The notes under the pieces were generated by a model that saw only the letters and a program-made list of their open reading frames with translations, ran no database searches and was not told the DNA's origin. 64,000 nt of DNA from Phyllosticta citribraziliensis (lineage: Eukaryota). The position numbers and the translations under genes are program-made. Where the stretch lies: NCBI RefSeq assembly GCF_038025025.1, contig NW_027117345.1, positions 1,426,001-1,490,000 on the forward strand. Reading direction: 5' to 3'. Shown here in pieces: positions 24,507-38,551 of this stretch (the first letter of the stretch is position 1; each line of letters opens with the position of its first letter).

Positions 24507-25629
24507 AGCATAGCAGTCGCGCCTTTGTATGGGCGGTGGTTGACACATTGGGACTATCGGCCGTTCCCCGCGTTTTCACAAGACGAGACGAGACGAGACG
24601 AGACGGTTTGGGGATGGGTTGAGGTCCGACATGCCGACGGCAAAAGGAAAAGCGACCTGAGGGCCGTGGTTGCAACCAAGAGACTGGGCATGTTTGCAGT
24701 GTTTGGGCTGCCTCTGCCTCTGCCTTGCCTCTGCCGGTCGACGGGCCAATCAGAGACGGACGATAAGGGAATGGCTGCCATTGGCTGGGGGGGCAGTGGG
24801 CCGGAGCTAGCGACGCAAGCCAAGCCATTGCCGTTATTCGCTTTGGGATGCCTGGGGTGGCCGCCTATCGACTCTCCCTCAGCGTCCTCACCCTCCCGTC
24901 ACCCTCAGCCTCGCCCTCACAGCATTTGCACCTGTCCAGGCCAATCCACTCCAGCACCGTTGCCGCCAACCCCCCCAAGCCAACCCAGCCCTGGCCCCGT
25001 CAGCGGAATCCCGTTGAGCCTGCGCGAGGGCGGGGAGGAGAGCAGGCGAGAGCAGACAAGAGGAGCGGACGTACCCACGGTCGGGCAGGGTAGCATAGCC
25101 AAGGGCAGCGCAGTCGAGTGCAGCGCAGCGCAGCGCAGGGGAGGCCGGCCAATAGCGCCGGTCCCCTTAGTGAGGGCTCGGGTCTGCTCTCGGTGCGCAT
25201 CCCCATCGTCAGCCTCTCTCCTCGACTCTGCCATTACTCGCATCGAGCCTTATTAGACCCAACTTCGCCCTTCTGCCCGCCGCCATAGACACCGGCTCGA
25301 CACCTGCATATCCGTCCCCTACACCGCGTCTTCCTTGTGCTCCCCCGGCGCCTGTCCCCTCGCCCAATCACCACCTTATCACCAATCCCCCAGACCGCTA
25401 CAAGACATCTCTGCCTCCAACCCACCTCACCTCACCTCACCTCGCCCTACTTGAGCCCGCCTTCGCTCGACTCTCTCTGCCATACCATCATCCAATTTCG
25501 CCAACTCAACCACACCTCTATCCGACACGCCACCACCCGTCGCCCTAGGACTACGCCCGTAATTTCCCGCCATCTGCACAACGCCACGCCTCGCCCTTCT
25601 TTGACCTTCCGCTGCTTTTTCTCTCCACA

Positions 25630-26601
25630 ATGGCCACCGGAATCTCGAGACCCTCGGCCATGCCCAGCGCCTGGCACAACCAACACCACTCTTTCCGTGG
25701 CGGCGTTCAGTACAACCCCTACACTTCGCCGCCGCACTCTGGCACTGCGACGCCCGCCGACATTTCGCCCACCCAGGTTCCAAACCACCTCGCCCTGCAC
25801 ACGCGCCAGCTGCGCAAGCCCAAGAGCCCTCTTTACATCCCGGCTGCTCTGCGACCAACCGAGCGTCCCCAACGGTCCTCCCCTCCGAGGAGTTCGGTTC
25901 TGTCTTCGCCCACCGATGAGTCGATCGACGGCTCGAGGCGCGGCACAGTCGACAGCTTCAGCACGTCGTACTCCGAGATTGACAGAATCTCGACCGACGA
26001 GGGCATCATCCTTGGGCCCGTCACCGGTCCTCCGTCGAGAAATCACTGGAAGGTGCGTAACCTTTGTTTGCTTGCGGGACTCGACGCGCCTTGAATGGCG
26101 CCATTGCCTATTTGGCCTTGGCAGCGCGAGCCGCATGTGAATGCATGATTCAAACCACGAGTTCAACCAGCTAACGTGTGCCATTAGTCCAACGAGGAGA
26201 CGGTCAAGTGCAACTTCAAGGGCTGCAGCCGCCCATTTTCGCTGCTCTGCCGACGTCATCACTGCCGACGCTGTGGCGACATCTTCTGCTACGAGCACAG
26301 CTCGCACGAAATCAACCTCGACCAGGACGCCCTGTTCCACCCGGACGGCACCCCGTCGCGCGCGTGCGACAATTGCTGGTCGGCGTACCGGCAGTGGGAG
26401 CACACGCGCAAGAGCCGGAGCAGCTCGGCCAGCTCGCAAAGCGACTCGTCCATGGGCACCACCGCACAGACAGGGCACGCAGAGCCGCAGGGTCTCCAAC
26501 TTCCCCAGCCGCGAGGCAGCTCCGTGGCGCAGGCGCCATCCTTCAAGGTCGGCAGCTATGTGGGCAGCGTGCCCCGGGACTGGAACTGGAGCACGTTCTA
26601 A
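25630..26601 (+). CDS. PIB2: FYVE-domain protein, Pib2-like (vacuolar TORC1 regulator), about 278 aa
   Basis: Exons 25630-26052 and 26188-26601. PLYIPAALRPT motif; RNHWK; FYVE core RRHHCRRCGDIFC; C-terminal GSVPRDWNWSTF matches the conserved Pib2 tail. Confidence 0.8.
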
Positions 26602-29600
26602 ATGGCGGACCTTGCCGATTCTCTTTGCTAATGGCCGTCGCCTGAGTTACCCGTTTGCCTCAGTGGTCCGACCTTGCACCGATTACGGGCAGTCTGGCAC
26701 GCGACAGTTGGCCTATCCTGGGACCGCCAATGCCAAACTCCCCTCTCCCTTGCGCCGCCTCCTTCTCCACGAACACCGCTACGGCTCTTCGCTCGGCCCT
26801 TCAGTATTGCGCGCTCCCGGGTTCTTCTCCACCGACCGTCGACCTGTACTATTTTGCCTCGTTCTCCGGCCCACCCAATTGCGCGCGCGCCCTTTCCGTT
26901 CGCGCGTAAGAGGGGCTTCCTAAAGCCGCTTGCTTACCAACTTGCTGCGTTCTAGCGCTTGCTTTGATTACTTGTTCTCCAATTCCCCCTGCTAGCTCGC
27001 GCTTTATTCGTCAATGTCTCCATATTGTCGTTGTACCGTTTAGATTCGCCTTGCTTTGGCTCTCTTCTCTGCCTCTTCGACTGCAGACCTGGCCGAGGTC
27101 GCCGATACCACCATTTGTTTTCTCTCTCTGCTTGACCTTGTTCACGGCCGCCACGAATCGCTTTGTTCCACGAGAACACACGCACGCACACACATACTCG
27201 AGTCTTTGCTGATTGTTTTTTACTGGAATTGGCGTCTACACACATGGCTGGCGGCGTTTATACTTTTTGTTTTCGTCTCGTCAAGAGATTGTTTCCATCT
27301 GTCTCGAATACTTGCGTCGGAGTTTGCTGGCTACGCGGAGTAGTTTTCCACCGCCTTTTTCTAATGAGCTCCGCTGCACGCACGCGCTGCGTGGATGCAT
27401 ATGGACAATGACTTTCTCATCTACTCTGCGTACTGCGTGGCCTGTTTTGATTTTGTCGATGCTCGGCTTGATGTCTCTTGTGTTACTACATACACGTACA
27501 CCAGCAGAACGTTACTGAAGATACTCGACTGTATATGAACAGCTATCTATCTATCCATCTGTCCGCACGCTTGCAACTCGCGTGCCCTTCATCCAATCTG
27601 CCTCGTCTCGTAGGTAATGCACCAATCCAATCCAATCCAATCCCGCACGCGACGAACCAACCCAAAACCGCAAACCCAACCCCATCCAACCCAACTCTCC
27701 CGAGTCAGCGCACCGCATCAACGCAACGCTGTCCGTCATGGATCGGCGCTGCCCCCCGCAAAACGCCCAAACTCAATTCCTGTCCTCTCCCGTCGTTTTC
27801 CTATCTTTTGCTGCGCTGCGTCATGCAGCTGCGTCATTGTGCGTTTGTCTTGCCTTCTAATTTTTTTGTTTGTTGGCTTTATTGCCAATGAGATGACCGA
27901 GGTGAGCGGATTGGTCGAGTAGGGAGAGTTATGTAGGGAGGGAGGGAGGGAGAGGGCGTGAGTGGTTGCTGTGCCTATTTCTTCCTTCACTTTGGGAAGA
28001 GTAGGTCGAGCTTGTTTTCTGCCCAGGTGTACCTCTCAGCACTCCTACCGTCTGATCAGAAGCCTACGCAACGTGCGATGGATGAACAGGAGGTCCAACG
28101 CACGGGCAAGACTCCCCTGATTGATCCGCCCCTTCAGCGGCTGCTGTCTGCGCATACATGCAATATCTACATGACAACACACAAACGTGTCCAGACCTCA
28201 CATCAAATACACACCTACCCCGCTCATCGTCAAAGTCTATCAATCGCCCAGTCCCATCCAGTCTGCCCCCAGCGAGATCGTGATTGTCGTCCATTTCGCC
28301 TCACCTCTGCCTCTGACTCGACACGCGCGCGTCTCGACTCAGTACCCCGTCGCCCATGCAGCCGCTCGCCTCACCATCATTCGCTGCTCACTCACGACAG
28401 CGACGTCGTCGTCCGCCGCCATTGATGTCATTGATGTCGATTACTTGCCCAGATACCCTTTAGCGTGTGGTCCGCTGAAAGCACATCGTGCGTGCCTTGT
28501 CGCCTTGTCGTCTCATCTACAGTCGCCCTGAGAGATAGATCGTCGTCGTCCACAGCGTCATCGTCACTTTCTACTCTTTCACCATCTTCCTCTGACAGGG
28601 GGCTGTTCGCCTCATTGTTGCTTGCGTTGTTCAAGTGCCCGCGATGTACGGTGGAAGGTAAGGCGGAGAGAGGCCTCCAGACAGACAGACAGACCTGCCT
28701 CGACCTGCCTTGCCTGTCGACACCGCTCCTCGCAGCTAGGCTGGCTGGACGCCTGGCTGCATCTGCCTCTCAACGACGCAACTGCGCGACGAGCCCTCCG
28801 ACGCGCGATCAGCAAGCCACCAAAATCTCTTTCACGATGCGGTGTGGTCTGTCAATTTCACTGCCTCCACTCGAGCTTACCGGTTAGAGCACTTGCGGCT
28901 CTACATCTTGCGTCCGAAAGGAGCAGCCGTTGAGTGGTGAACAGCTGGCGAATGTTGACGACCGTGGTAGGACGCGTAAACGCGTAACCGCGCGTCTCTG
29001 CTATCTATCAGACCTCCATATTCCCGTCCGCAAATAAATGCGTTGGTCCGGGTACGCGCTGGGTCGTGCATCGCGTTGCGCTGCGCTGCGTTGCACTGCG
29101 CTTCCTTGCCACCGCCAAAACGTCGGCAGACGCAGCCCTCATATGAGGTTTTTGTACTAGGTAGGTCGTTCGGTCGACGGTGGTCTGGCTAGCCTCAAGA
29201 CGCATATCATTGCCGGCCAAGAAGTGTCTCGGTGGATGGCGAAAAGTTCAGAGACAGCGGCAGAACGACACCGGTACGGAACGAGCCCGCAAGACGGGCA
29301 ATCCAAGGACGCTAGCAACGCTCGCTCGGACGGACGACGGAACAAGGACGACGAGTAGGAGAGTGCGGAATAGGTGCGCGGGCAGCAGCAGAGGCCAGCC
29401 GTGAGAGAGGACCGACGGGGTCCGTGTGTGAGGTTGATGGGATGAACATCGCTCGGTTCGCTTTCCTCATCTCCATGCCATCTCCATGAGATTTGCGCCT
29501 TGCTCCAAAGAAAGAGTGGACTGCTTGTTCAACGAAGCTCGCGTGCCCAAGTCCGACTTCCGACCTTTGTGCTTCCTCCGTCTCATCTCTCCTCTGTCGT

Positions 29601-31891
29601 CTCGTCCGTCCGGTCTCGTCAACGTCCTGCATCGGCGTTGCCTGCCTGCCAACAACAGCAGCGGAGCCGAGTCGCAGTCAAAATCTGCCAATCCGGTCAA
29701 CGAAAAGTGCAGAAGCGAGCCACCACCGCAAAGCATCGGAATTGCACTTTCCCATGATTCCGCACCGGTGTCCAGCAATGAGCGAGTGAGCAAGCATGCA
29801 ATGCCACAGACCGCCGTCTGCGTCCGACGACTGGCCGTCCGGCAGTCCGGCAAGGCCATCATCGACAGGCGTCCCCTTCGCATCTGCACCGTTCCGCGCT
29901 CTAAGTTTGGACAGGGGGCGTCGAAGCATCCCCTGCTGTGCCCTTCTTCACGCCTGGTCGCTGTCTTGGCCCGCTTACCCCTGCCAGAACCTGGGGGGCC
30001 TAGGGGTCCCTCTGATGGGTCCTCGGATCGTCGCTTGTGCGTCGGTCGCGGCCGTGAGCTCCGTTGGTGAGGCTTGGATTTACTGCTCTCGCACCACCTA
30101 TTGGCCACTGGTTGTGCGGATCCACCCTTTTACCCATCTACTTTCCCAACTTTGTTGACTGCTAGCGCGCCGAATCTGTGTCTGCCTTCGGGGCGTGCAG
30201 TTCCAATGGGTGCGTGCGTGGGAGGCCGAAAGGACTTGAGATGGCAGTGGCAAGGTGGATGTACATTGATTGATGGGATGAGATGGTGAGAGGAAAGAGC
30301 TACAGCGGAGACGGATAGAGGCGTGAACCGGTTGTTGAGCGTGGGGATGAGACGGTTGCCCACTACTGTTGCGTATGACAGGTCGTTCCGTGGAGGACAG
30401 GTGTGGGCTGGTGGCGACGCTGTACGTCATGAAGGCCGGCTGCCCGGTTCGGAATCTCTCGTTGAGCGGTAGGCACTCCAACGAGAGGAGACCAAACGCC
30501 CATCAATCCTCTCTGCCTACCATACCGGCAAGTAGGTTCGGATGAGGAAGAGCCCTCGTCATGGAGCTGTCCCTTCGACCACATCCAGTCAGCTTTGGGA
30601 TTCTACTGCCATGTCTCGCACGGATGGGAATGGTCTGCGTGCATGGGAGCATTGAGCCCTGATCTGTAGCGCGCATTACTTGGATTGGACTGGTCTGATC
30701 GCATCTTGAGGCGAAGCTTAGCCGCATGAGGACGACGCTGCCGCTTCATGCTCATCTGGCCTGTCGCGAGTTTCGACGCGAGCGATGCTGCTTCTCACCG
30801 CTACCCACATGGTCCATCTTGCTGGTTGTCGTTGTCTAACGTCGTCGTCCAGGCGGCCGCGGCGTCTCGGGGCTGGAGGCCTGGGTTTTTGCCACCATTG
30901 TACCGCGAGACTGGCTTGCCTGGCGCGAGATTCGAGGCAGCGCAGAAACGCGACAGAGTGGGCATGTCCTTGTTGATGGTAGGTGCTGAGGAGGAAGACG
31001 CTCGGACGCAGCTCCCGGCTTTTGGAAAGGCCTCGATGAGTAAACGTGGAAACGCTCTGTAAGCATCGCGGCGCGGTGATTGAGATTTGGATTGATGTGC
31101 ATGGCGCGCTGTGTGAAGAAGGGATGCCTCGGTGCTCGAATAGCAGGTGCTCGAATAGCAGTTAGCTCTCCAAGAGACGTTGGTCGTTAAAAGCCTCGTG
31201 ATAGCTCGGTCAGACTGGGACTGGGACACTGAGGACTTCGGAAATTAGGCACAAAACCATGAGTGCGTCTTGGGCTCAGCGACGGCGGCAAAAGTTTTGT
31301 AAGCCTGGGCTTGGTGTTGTCTTGTCCTCCACGGATGCGAGCTGTGTCGACGTGTTTGGCCAACCGAGATAAACTACCTGTTTTCGTTCATGCAATGAGG
31401 GGAACAGACACTGTGAGCACATCCTACCGTAGGAGTCGTTTTTGTCGTGAGTCTGCCCTCAAATGAGTGTCAAGTTTTCGTTTAGAGCGGCTCTTCCTCG
31501 AACGACAGTGTCGACGATATGATAGGAGAGGAGTTTGACGATAGTTGAATGCTCCGGGTGCTCAAGGATATCACTCACTCGTCGCGTGAGTTGGACCACG
31601 AAGCAGGTGTGGGGTGGGTGGTGGATCAGTCCCAGCACCAGTCAGCAGTCGTCCATTTCGATGGTTCCATTGATGGCCGACAGTGAGATGTGACCGGAAG
31701 GATGATGATTGGCTTCAGGTTGTCGAAAGTCCCTTGCGTCTGTGGCCCTCGGTCAATCCCTGCCGTAGATCAGGCGGTGAGTCGCGGCAAAACTTTTGCG
31801 CAAAGTCGTCGGCTCTCCAACAATTTTGATTTCCCTAACTTGCGCCAAAAAGCTGCCCGGCAGACTCGATCAACCTCAGTTCAGCAGCAAA

Positions 31892-34362
31892 ATGGGCAAA
31901 CGCAAGGTCGGCGCCCTCGAAAAGGTCGAGGCAGATCTGTACGCTCTCAACTCTCCCATTTCGCTCCCACAACTAACGTGTCGCAGTGCCAACCTTCAAC
32001 ACAAGATTCGACGCGATCCGAGGTAAACACTGTGTTCAGACATTCACCACAACTGTACTAACACATAGCAGCTCGTACGAAGATGACTTCCAGGCTCAGT
32101 ATCGCCAGTATCAGGTCCTCTTCGAGGTCTTCATGCACGATCCTTCGTCCCACGACGACAACGCTCTTGTCAAGCTGCGCGACCAGATCGACTTCGTCTC
32201 CCATGTAGCCGATTGCTACCCCAAGCAGACGAATGAATTTCCGGCACAACTCATAGACTTGCTCTCCAACCACCATGCCTTATTGGAGTCTGAACTTCGC
32301 GACAAGCTCGTGGGAGCGTTGGTTCTGTTGCGCAACAAGGAAGTCATTGACTCGGCTCGGTGAGAAGTCTGCCAACTGGAGACCTGTGGCGCAACTTCTA
32401 ACAACTCTCAAGTCTCATCAATGCCCTCTTTCCAATCCTCGTCACCACTCCAAGCAAGTCCCTCAGGGAATTGCTCTTCACGAAAATCCTCTCCGACCTC
32501 CGCTCCTCCAACGCAAAGTCGACAAACCACCGTCTCAACCGCACCATGCAAACCGTTCTTTTCAACCTCTTGACATCAGACCGAACATCGCCCAAGGGTC
32601 TCTGGGCTGTGAAGCTTACGCGCGAGCTGTGGAAGAGGCAAATTTGGACGGATGCTAGGGCTGTAGAGATTATGAAAGAAGCTTCTCTATCCGAGAACGA
32701 AAAGGTCATCATTGGCGGCGTGCGTTTCTTCCTCGGCGGAGACAAGGAGAGGGAAGAGGCCGCAGATGATGACAGCGACGCAGAGGACGGCGTCGACATC
32801 TCCAAGCTCAAGCACCAGGCCGGAATCAACAAAAAGACCAAGAAGAAGGAGAAAGAGCTGAAAAAGGCAGCAGCCAATGTCAAGAGGGTATGGAGCATCT
32901 CATCACGCATTGGAATTGAGCTGACAGCTTGCAGAAAGAACGCAAGAAGAAGGCACCGCACCCGCTCAACTTTTCTGCGCTGCATCTTTTGCACGATCCG
33001 CAGGGCTTTGCGGAGGCGCTTTTCTACAGACATCTCCAGAACCAAAAGTCAAAACTCAACCTCGAGCAGAAGCTGCTTGTTTTGAATCTGGTGACTCGCC
33101 TGGTCGGTCTTCATCAACTGACCATCATAAGCCTCTATTCCTACTTTCTCAAGTTCCTGACGCCGAAACAACCATCCGTCACCTCGTTTTTGGCCGCGCT
33201 TGCCCAAGCCACGCATGCTCTGGTACCTCCGGATGCCCTTGAACCTCTGATGCTGAAAATTGCAAACGAGTTCGTTTCCGAAGCTGCAGCTTCAGAAGTA
33301 GCAGCCGCGGGTCTCAACTCGATTCGCGAAATATGCGTCCGTCAGCCGCTCGCCATGAACGAGACACTTTTGCAAGATTTGGTCATGTACCGAAAGAGTA
33401 AAGACAAGGGTGTGATGATGGCGGCCAAGGGCCTCCTCAGTCTCTACAGGGAGGTTGGCGCAGAAATGCTGAAGAAGAGGGACAGGGGTAAAGAGGCAGC
33501 CATGGGTCTGCGCTCGGGAGACAGGAAAGAACAGCGATACGGTGAAGCTGCTGCTGGAGGGATAGAGGGCTTGGAATTGCTCGAGCAGTGGAAAGAGGAG
33601 GAGAGGCGGAAGAAGAGGATCGAAAAGGGCTTGGACCCAGATGGCGCTGACGACGAAGACGAAGCCGAGGATGAAGACTGGAAGAACTGGGACGTCGAGT
33701 CTGAAGCCAGCGACGATTCCGGCGGTTGGATTAACGTCGAGGCCGATGGAGACGACATTGTCATTAGCGACAGCGAAGACGATGAAAGACCAGCTAAAAA
33801 GGCCAAGAAGGAGCACGAAGCTGCAAAGGACCAGGGGCCAGCAGACGAGCAGCAGGCCGAGCAAAAGGCCGCACAGGAGGCCAAGGAAAAAGAAGACGCG
33901 GCGCTAAAGCTTGCAACGACGCGTATTCTGACACCGGCCGACTTGCAGAAGCTGCAGGAGCTTCGTATGCAAGCTCAAGTCAACGCCCAGCTGCCGGCTC
34001 ATCGCCGTCAAAACGCCGCGGCCGCTGCAGCCGCGCGTCATGCAGAGGACCCTCTGACAGCGGAAGAAATCGAGCTACCGGCGAGGCTAGCCGCGCGCAA
34101 GACCAAGGAAGAAAAGATTGCCATGGCAAAGGCAGACCGCGAAGACAAGCACCAATCGACGACGGCCAAGCGCAAGGAAAAGAAGATGGCCGAGGGCAAG
34201 AGCACAACCAACAAGGAGAAGGCGCGTCAAAAGAACTTTTTGATGACGCTGGGCAAGGCCAAGTTCAAGGGCAAGCGTAGTTTGACAGACACGCAAAAGG
34301 TGCTGCGTGGTCACATTGACAGGCAGAAGCGTGGCGGCAAACGGGGCAACAAGGGACACTAG
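31892..34362 (+). CDS. SDA1: SDA1, pre-60S ribosome biogenesis/export protein
   Basis: MGKRKVGALEKVEADL-ANLQHKIRRDP; HPLNFSALHLLHDPQGFAE; GLNSIREIC; STTNKEKARQKNFLM. Four short introns. Confidence 0.93.
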
Positions 34363-34730
34363 GCTTGGTGGTGCAAAAAGCAACTGGTAGAAAGTTTCGA
34401 TAATGATACCCTCGATCCCAAACATGAAGCTACTTAGCTTACCTTGATTGGTTTTCCGGTGTGGCTGGGCCACCGTACCAATGTCGTCGGCTCCCCAGAT
34501 GCCGGGGATTGGGCAACATCTAGCTGGCCGTATGTGGCTTACATGGATGCGTGCAATCGGTCGGGCGAACTGAGCTTGCCATGACGGCATTTGTGGTCGT
34601 TGCTTCCTCAAGATATCTCGTCGACATGTGAACCGCCTTCCTGCCAATCGCCGTTGTCATATATCATCTATCCCAGCGGCTGTTCCTGATCGTCACCCAT
34701 CCTTTCGACCCGACTGCACGCACATCCGTC

Positions 34731-35946
34731 ATGGCCTCCAAAGTGAAGGACGTCCTCTCGCGATCCAAGGCCAAGGCCAGCGCAAAGATCAAAAAGTCGA
34801 AACCCACCGTCTCGGAAACAGAAACGCCCCAGGACCTCAGCAGCGATACCTCTGGCACCGAGGAATACGATACGCCTCCAAGCTCCCTCTACCAGGATTC
34901 CGAGTCGACACCTTCGCCGTCGAAGCCAGAAACGGCGGAACAGCCCCACCCCCGCCAGGTTCCCCGCCAGCGACGCAGGGACGCCTCCGCCGAAGACGAT
35001 GGCCCCAACGCCCTCACCTCCAAGTACAAGCTGCGCGTCACAGCCGGCCCCTCGTACGACCGTTCGACCCACCGCCTGGTCAATGTCAACGGCGACGACA
35101 CCCTCAGCTTCGAAAACGAATTCGTGCGCGTCAAGGTCAAGACGCGCATCCGGGATTACACTGGCCTGCCGCTGACATCACCCGCCTCGACGCCCTACTT
35201 TGACGACCCAGCCCACTCTCGCGACCGCTACAGCATCTCGTTCAGCTTCGTACCCAAGGTCGATTTGCCAAGCGCCGACTGCGTGTGGGGGCCCGACTTT
35301 GACCACCCGGTCCGCGATCGCCTGCCGCCGGGCTTCAACTACGCCTTTGGCATTGTCAAGCGCTTCATCGACCCGGGCATCGAGTGTGATGCTTATGCCG
35401 ACGAGCCATGGTTGTACGGCCCCGCACTGAGCTGCTGGTTCGTGCTGCGCGTGGGCGACAAGGTCGGGCAGCACGGTGACGTCCCCGACATTCGCGAGTC
35501 GCCCGCACTGGCCGAGGGTGGCGATGGCGATGGCGAACAAGTCCGGAAGGGGCTGGGGGTTCCCGAAGATGCAGACAAGAGGCGCAAGTGGTTTCTAGAT
35601 CGGGAGCATAGAGAGGCGTTTGTGTTTGAAGAGGGCAGGGCATATCAGGGTGACTTCTTCAACCCTTATTTGGATTTCAACAGTGAGTCGATGCTGCGGT
35701 TGCGACTGTCATGAAACTGGCTGACTTTGATGTGCAGAATTCGCCCTCAGGCTGCCCGGCTTCTCGCTCGGCGTGCTTCGATACATCGACGACAAGACGC
35801 ACACTTTGCGGTGGGTCTTCAAAAACAGAACCACGGGCGATGTATACTTTGTCGTCGTCTTCAATCTCCTCTTTGGTCAAGAGCTCGAAGAATCTCTGCG
35901 CGCCGAGGATGAAGAGTACTACAAGAGTGCGGAGAAGGGAGAGTAA
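34731..35946 (+). CDS. DUF1769-like fungal protein
   Basis: LRVTAGPSYD...VNVN; DFDHPVRDRLPPGFN...FIDPG...YADEPWLYGP; DFFNPYLDFN; after an intron at about 35683-35738, FALRLPGFSL...LR. Confidence 0.8.
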
Positions 35947-38551
35947 TGAATGCACGTTCATCCACGCCCTCATTGGCACCTTCCCCGCACGGAGCAGATG
36001 GATATGAAACAGCCAGGCTGTTTGCACGGACGCCCAGCTGTCCACGCGCATGAATTATTCGGCTCCTCTCAGAAAGCGAGACACGAGGACATGTCTGACT
36101 GCCACCGGAGCGGAGCACAGACGAATCTGTGCATGATCCCGCTGCCGCACAGGATGGCGCAGCCAGGCGGAGTTGCTGCTCCATCCTGCCTGATTCTTTT
36201 CCCTTCGCTTCTCCAGTGTGTGTTGAAACAAAGGGCAGCTCTTGGCTCTGTGGCTGGGTATAGGAAGCATTCATCACCAAATTACTGAAAGTGCGACTGG
36301 GAGGAGTCTTTCATCAGCACGGGCACGTCCCGAGACCTGCCACCTCTTGGGGCCGCCATATCCCTCGTTTCTGTTCCTTTCATCCAATATGAATTTGAGA
36401 AGGAAAGCAACCATTCAGAAGAGTGGAAAAGAAGGGCAAAAAGGATGGTTGGGTCAGGCCAGGAGGCGCATCGGCTCTACGATGAATCAGACATCAAAGA
36501 CGAAGACAAATAAGATCACACAACATGGATACATTCAAACCTCGAGGTTTCCAACACATGTCCACCACTACCCACTCGTCTTGCCAAGAGAAATGAAGAG
36601 CGCTGCACTGGCTAGTGTAGTCCATCGGCGCCCTGTTCCCCCACGCCACGCTCCGTCCACTGTCGCGTACATGTATCCACTGGCCGCGCGTCGTCCTGTT
36701 CAACCCTCCCCCAACGCTCGATCGCGGCCATGCCTGCCTGTCTGCCGAACGCTGCATGCTGCTGTCATGGCTCTTCAAGCACACTCCTGGCAGAGATGGA
36801 GCTTTAGGCTTGTCAACTTGAGTGCGAGAGCCCTGTCATTTGCAACAGTGTTTGCGCGTACGGCGTGGGGTGGCAAGGATGACACCACCACACCGCTACC
36901 CTCACTACAGAAGTCCTCTGGAAGGAGAATGGATCAGTGGGTAGCTGAGTACATGGACCTAACTACAAAGCGCCAATTGCATTCTGCTGCTGCGTATGCG
37001 TCCCTGCTACCCCATCTTCAGCATCAAGAACAGAATAATCTGGCCCGCTCTACCGCACCTCTGATATGGCGCTGCATGCTTTCTATGTCTCCTCAACCTA
37101 CAGATGACTCCCCATGACGTGCGGTAGCGTCCTTTATTGTCTTGAATCGCCCCGCCTTGCCCTGTCATGTCATGTCCGGCGCTGTACGGTACTGTACAGT
37201 GTACACAAGACGCTGCACTGGCGTCCGGGTGCCTGCGTAGGCATGTAGTCTCGAGCTCCCCTGGCTCTGGCTCTGTCTCTGGCGCGACACTAAGTGCACA
37301 AGCGGCGGGAGGGGTACATGAGGCTTCAGTGCGTGTTGGGAGCGCGCAACCGCAACAGGGTCGGGTCTTGGGAGGATATTAGATCTGTATTTTAGGTAGC
37401 TAACCTATCCTTCGGTGCTTTCTAGGGAAAAGCATATATTTTCCATCCTTTGCTCGGGTCGCGAAAGTAAACAAGGTCTTAATACCTTCTTGCCTGCCTG
37501 GCTGCTTAGGCTATACTCCCCAGCCACCGGCAACGATAGTCAAAGAAGGCCAACCAGCAACCCCAGCTCCAACGTCCGAAGGGGTGGATACCCTCCTCGT
37601 CCTCCTCTTCAACTTTAAAAACTCCTCCCCAACGCCCAAAATCAATAAAATCATCTACTGACCTTCTGCCGGCCTGGCAAGTGGGTCGGGTTGGCTTTGG
37701 GCTGACTTGTTGGGCTGGCTGAGTGTGACTGCCGCCACATGTAAGCTAAGGTAGACAAGCCGAGACTTTGATGACTCGAGATGAGAGGGAGAGGGCACTA
37801 GGGTGCGGTGTCTCCGAGACCTTTTGGGGTGCTTGTACTGCGCAGCGCAGCGCAGCGCAAACAAAATAGCCTACCTAGGAGGGAAAGGGGGGCGGCAGGG
37901 GAGAGGAGGGATTATAGCAGAATCACGTTTGCCGCTTCGACGCATTGAGAACACGATGATGATGGCGCGACAACCATGTCTAGATGCACGGGAAGTAAGT
38001 CTTCTTGAATCGTCGTGCATTCGTGCCGTCCGTCGACCTCAGCCGGTCTGCAAAATATCCAACCAAACAAGCCGCTTGGCTCAGCTCGGCCCAAAAAACC
38101 AACCAACCGACCAACCAGGCAGCCCAGCTCAACCCGCGAGGTCTGGGCGCGCGCACATGCGCTGCTCCTTGTGCTCCGAAGCCCCACGAACGCCTGCCCC
38201 GAGACCGTGTACGAAGAGTGGAAGAGACGAGCAAAGAAGAGAAAAATGGATACGCGAAGTAGGGTACTGGTAGTTTCTGGAATGGTGCCTCCGAGAAGGC
38301 AAGGGTAGATACATGAAGCGAAGTCTGAGAGGAAGAGGAGAAAAGATTTGGCTAGAAATTCGATCAGAGTGATGGCAGGGCAGATCGAAAGCTAGCTTCT
38401 GCTCACTGTACGCTTGGAGTAGAAAGAACAACTCCCTGGTTGCAGCCGTGATGGTGAATAACTGCTCTCTGTGTCATATATTTCGACACACACTGTGGCC
38501 GAGCTCCGTCATCTGTCGGGAAAGCGTCGTATGTCATGACCGGTCCGTCTA

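Noticed and set aside
24225..25256. 343-aa ORF between the alcohol oxidase and FYVE genes
   Set aside because: It spans poly-G and pentanucleotide repeats in a promoter region and has low-complexity, non-protein-like composition.
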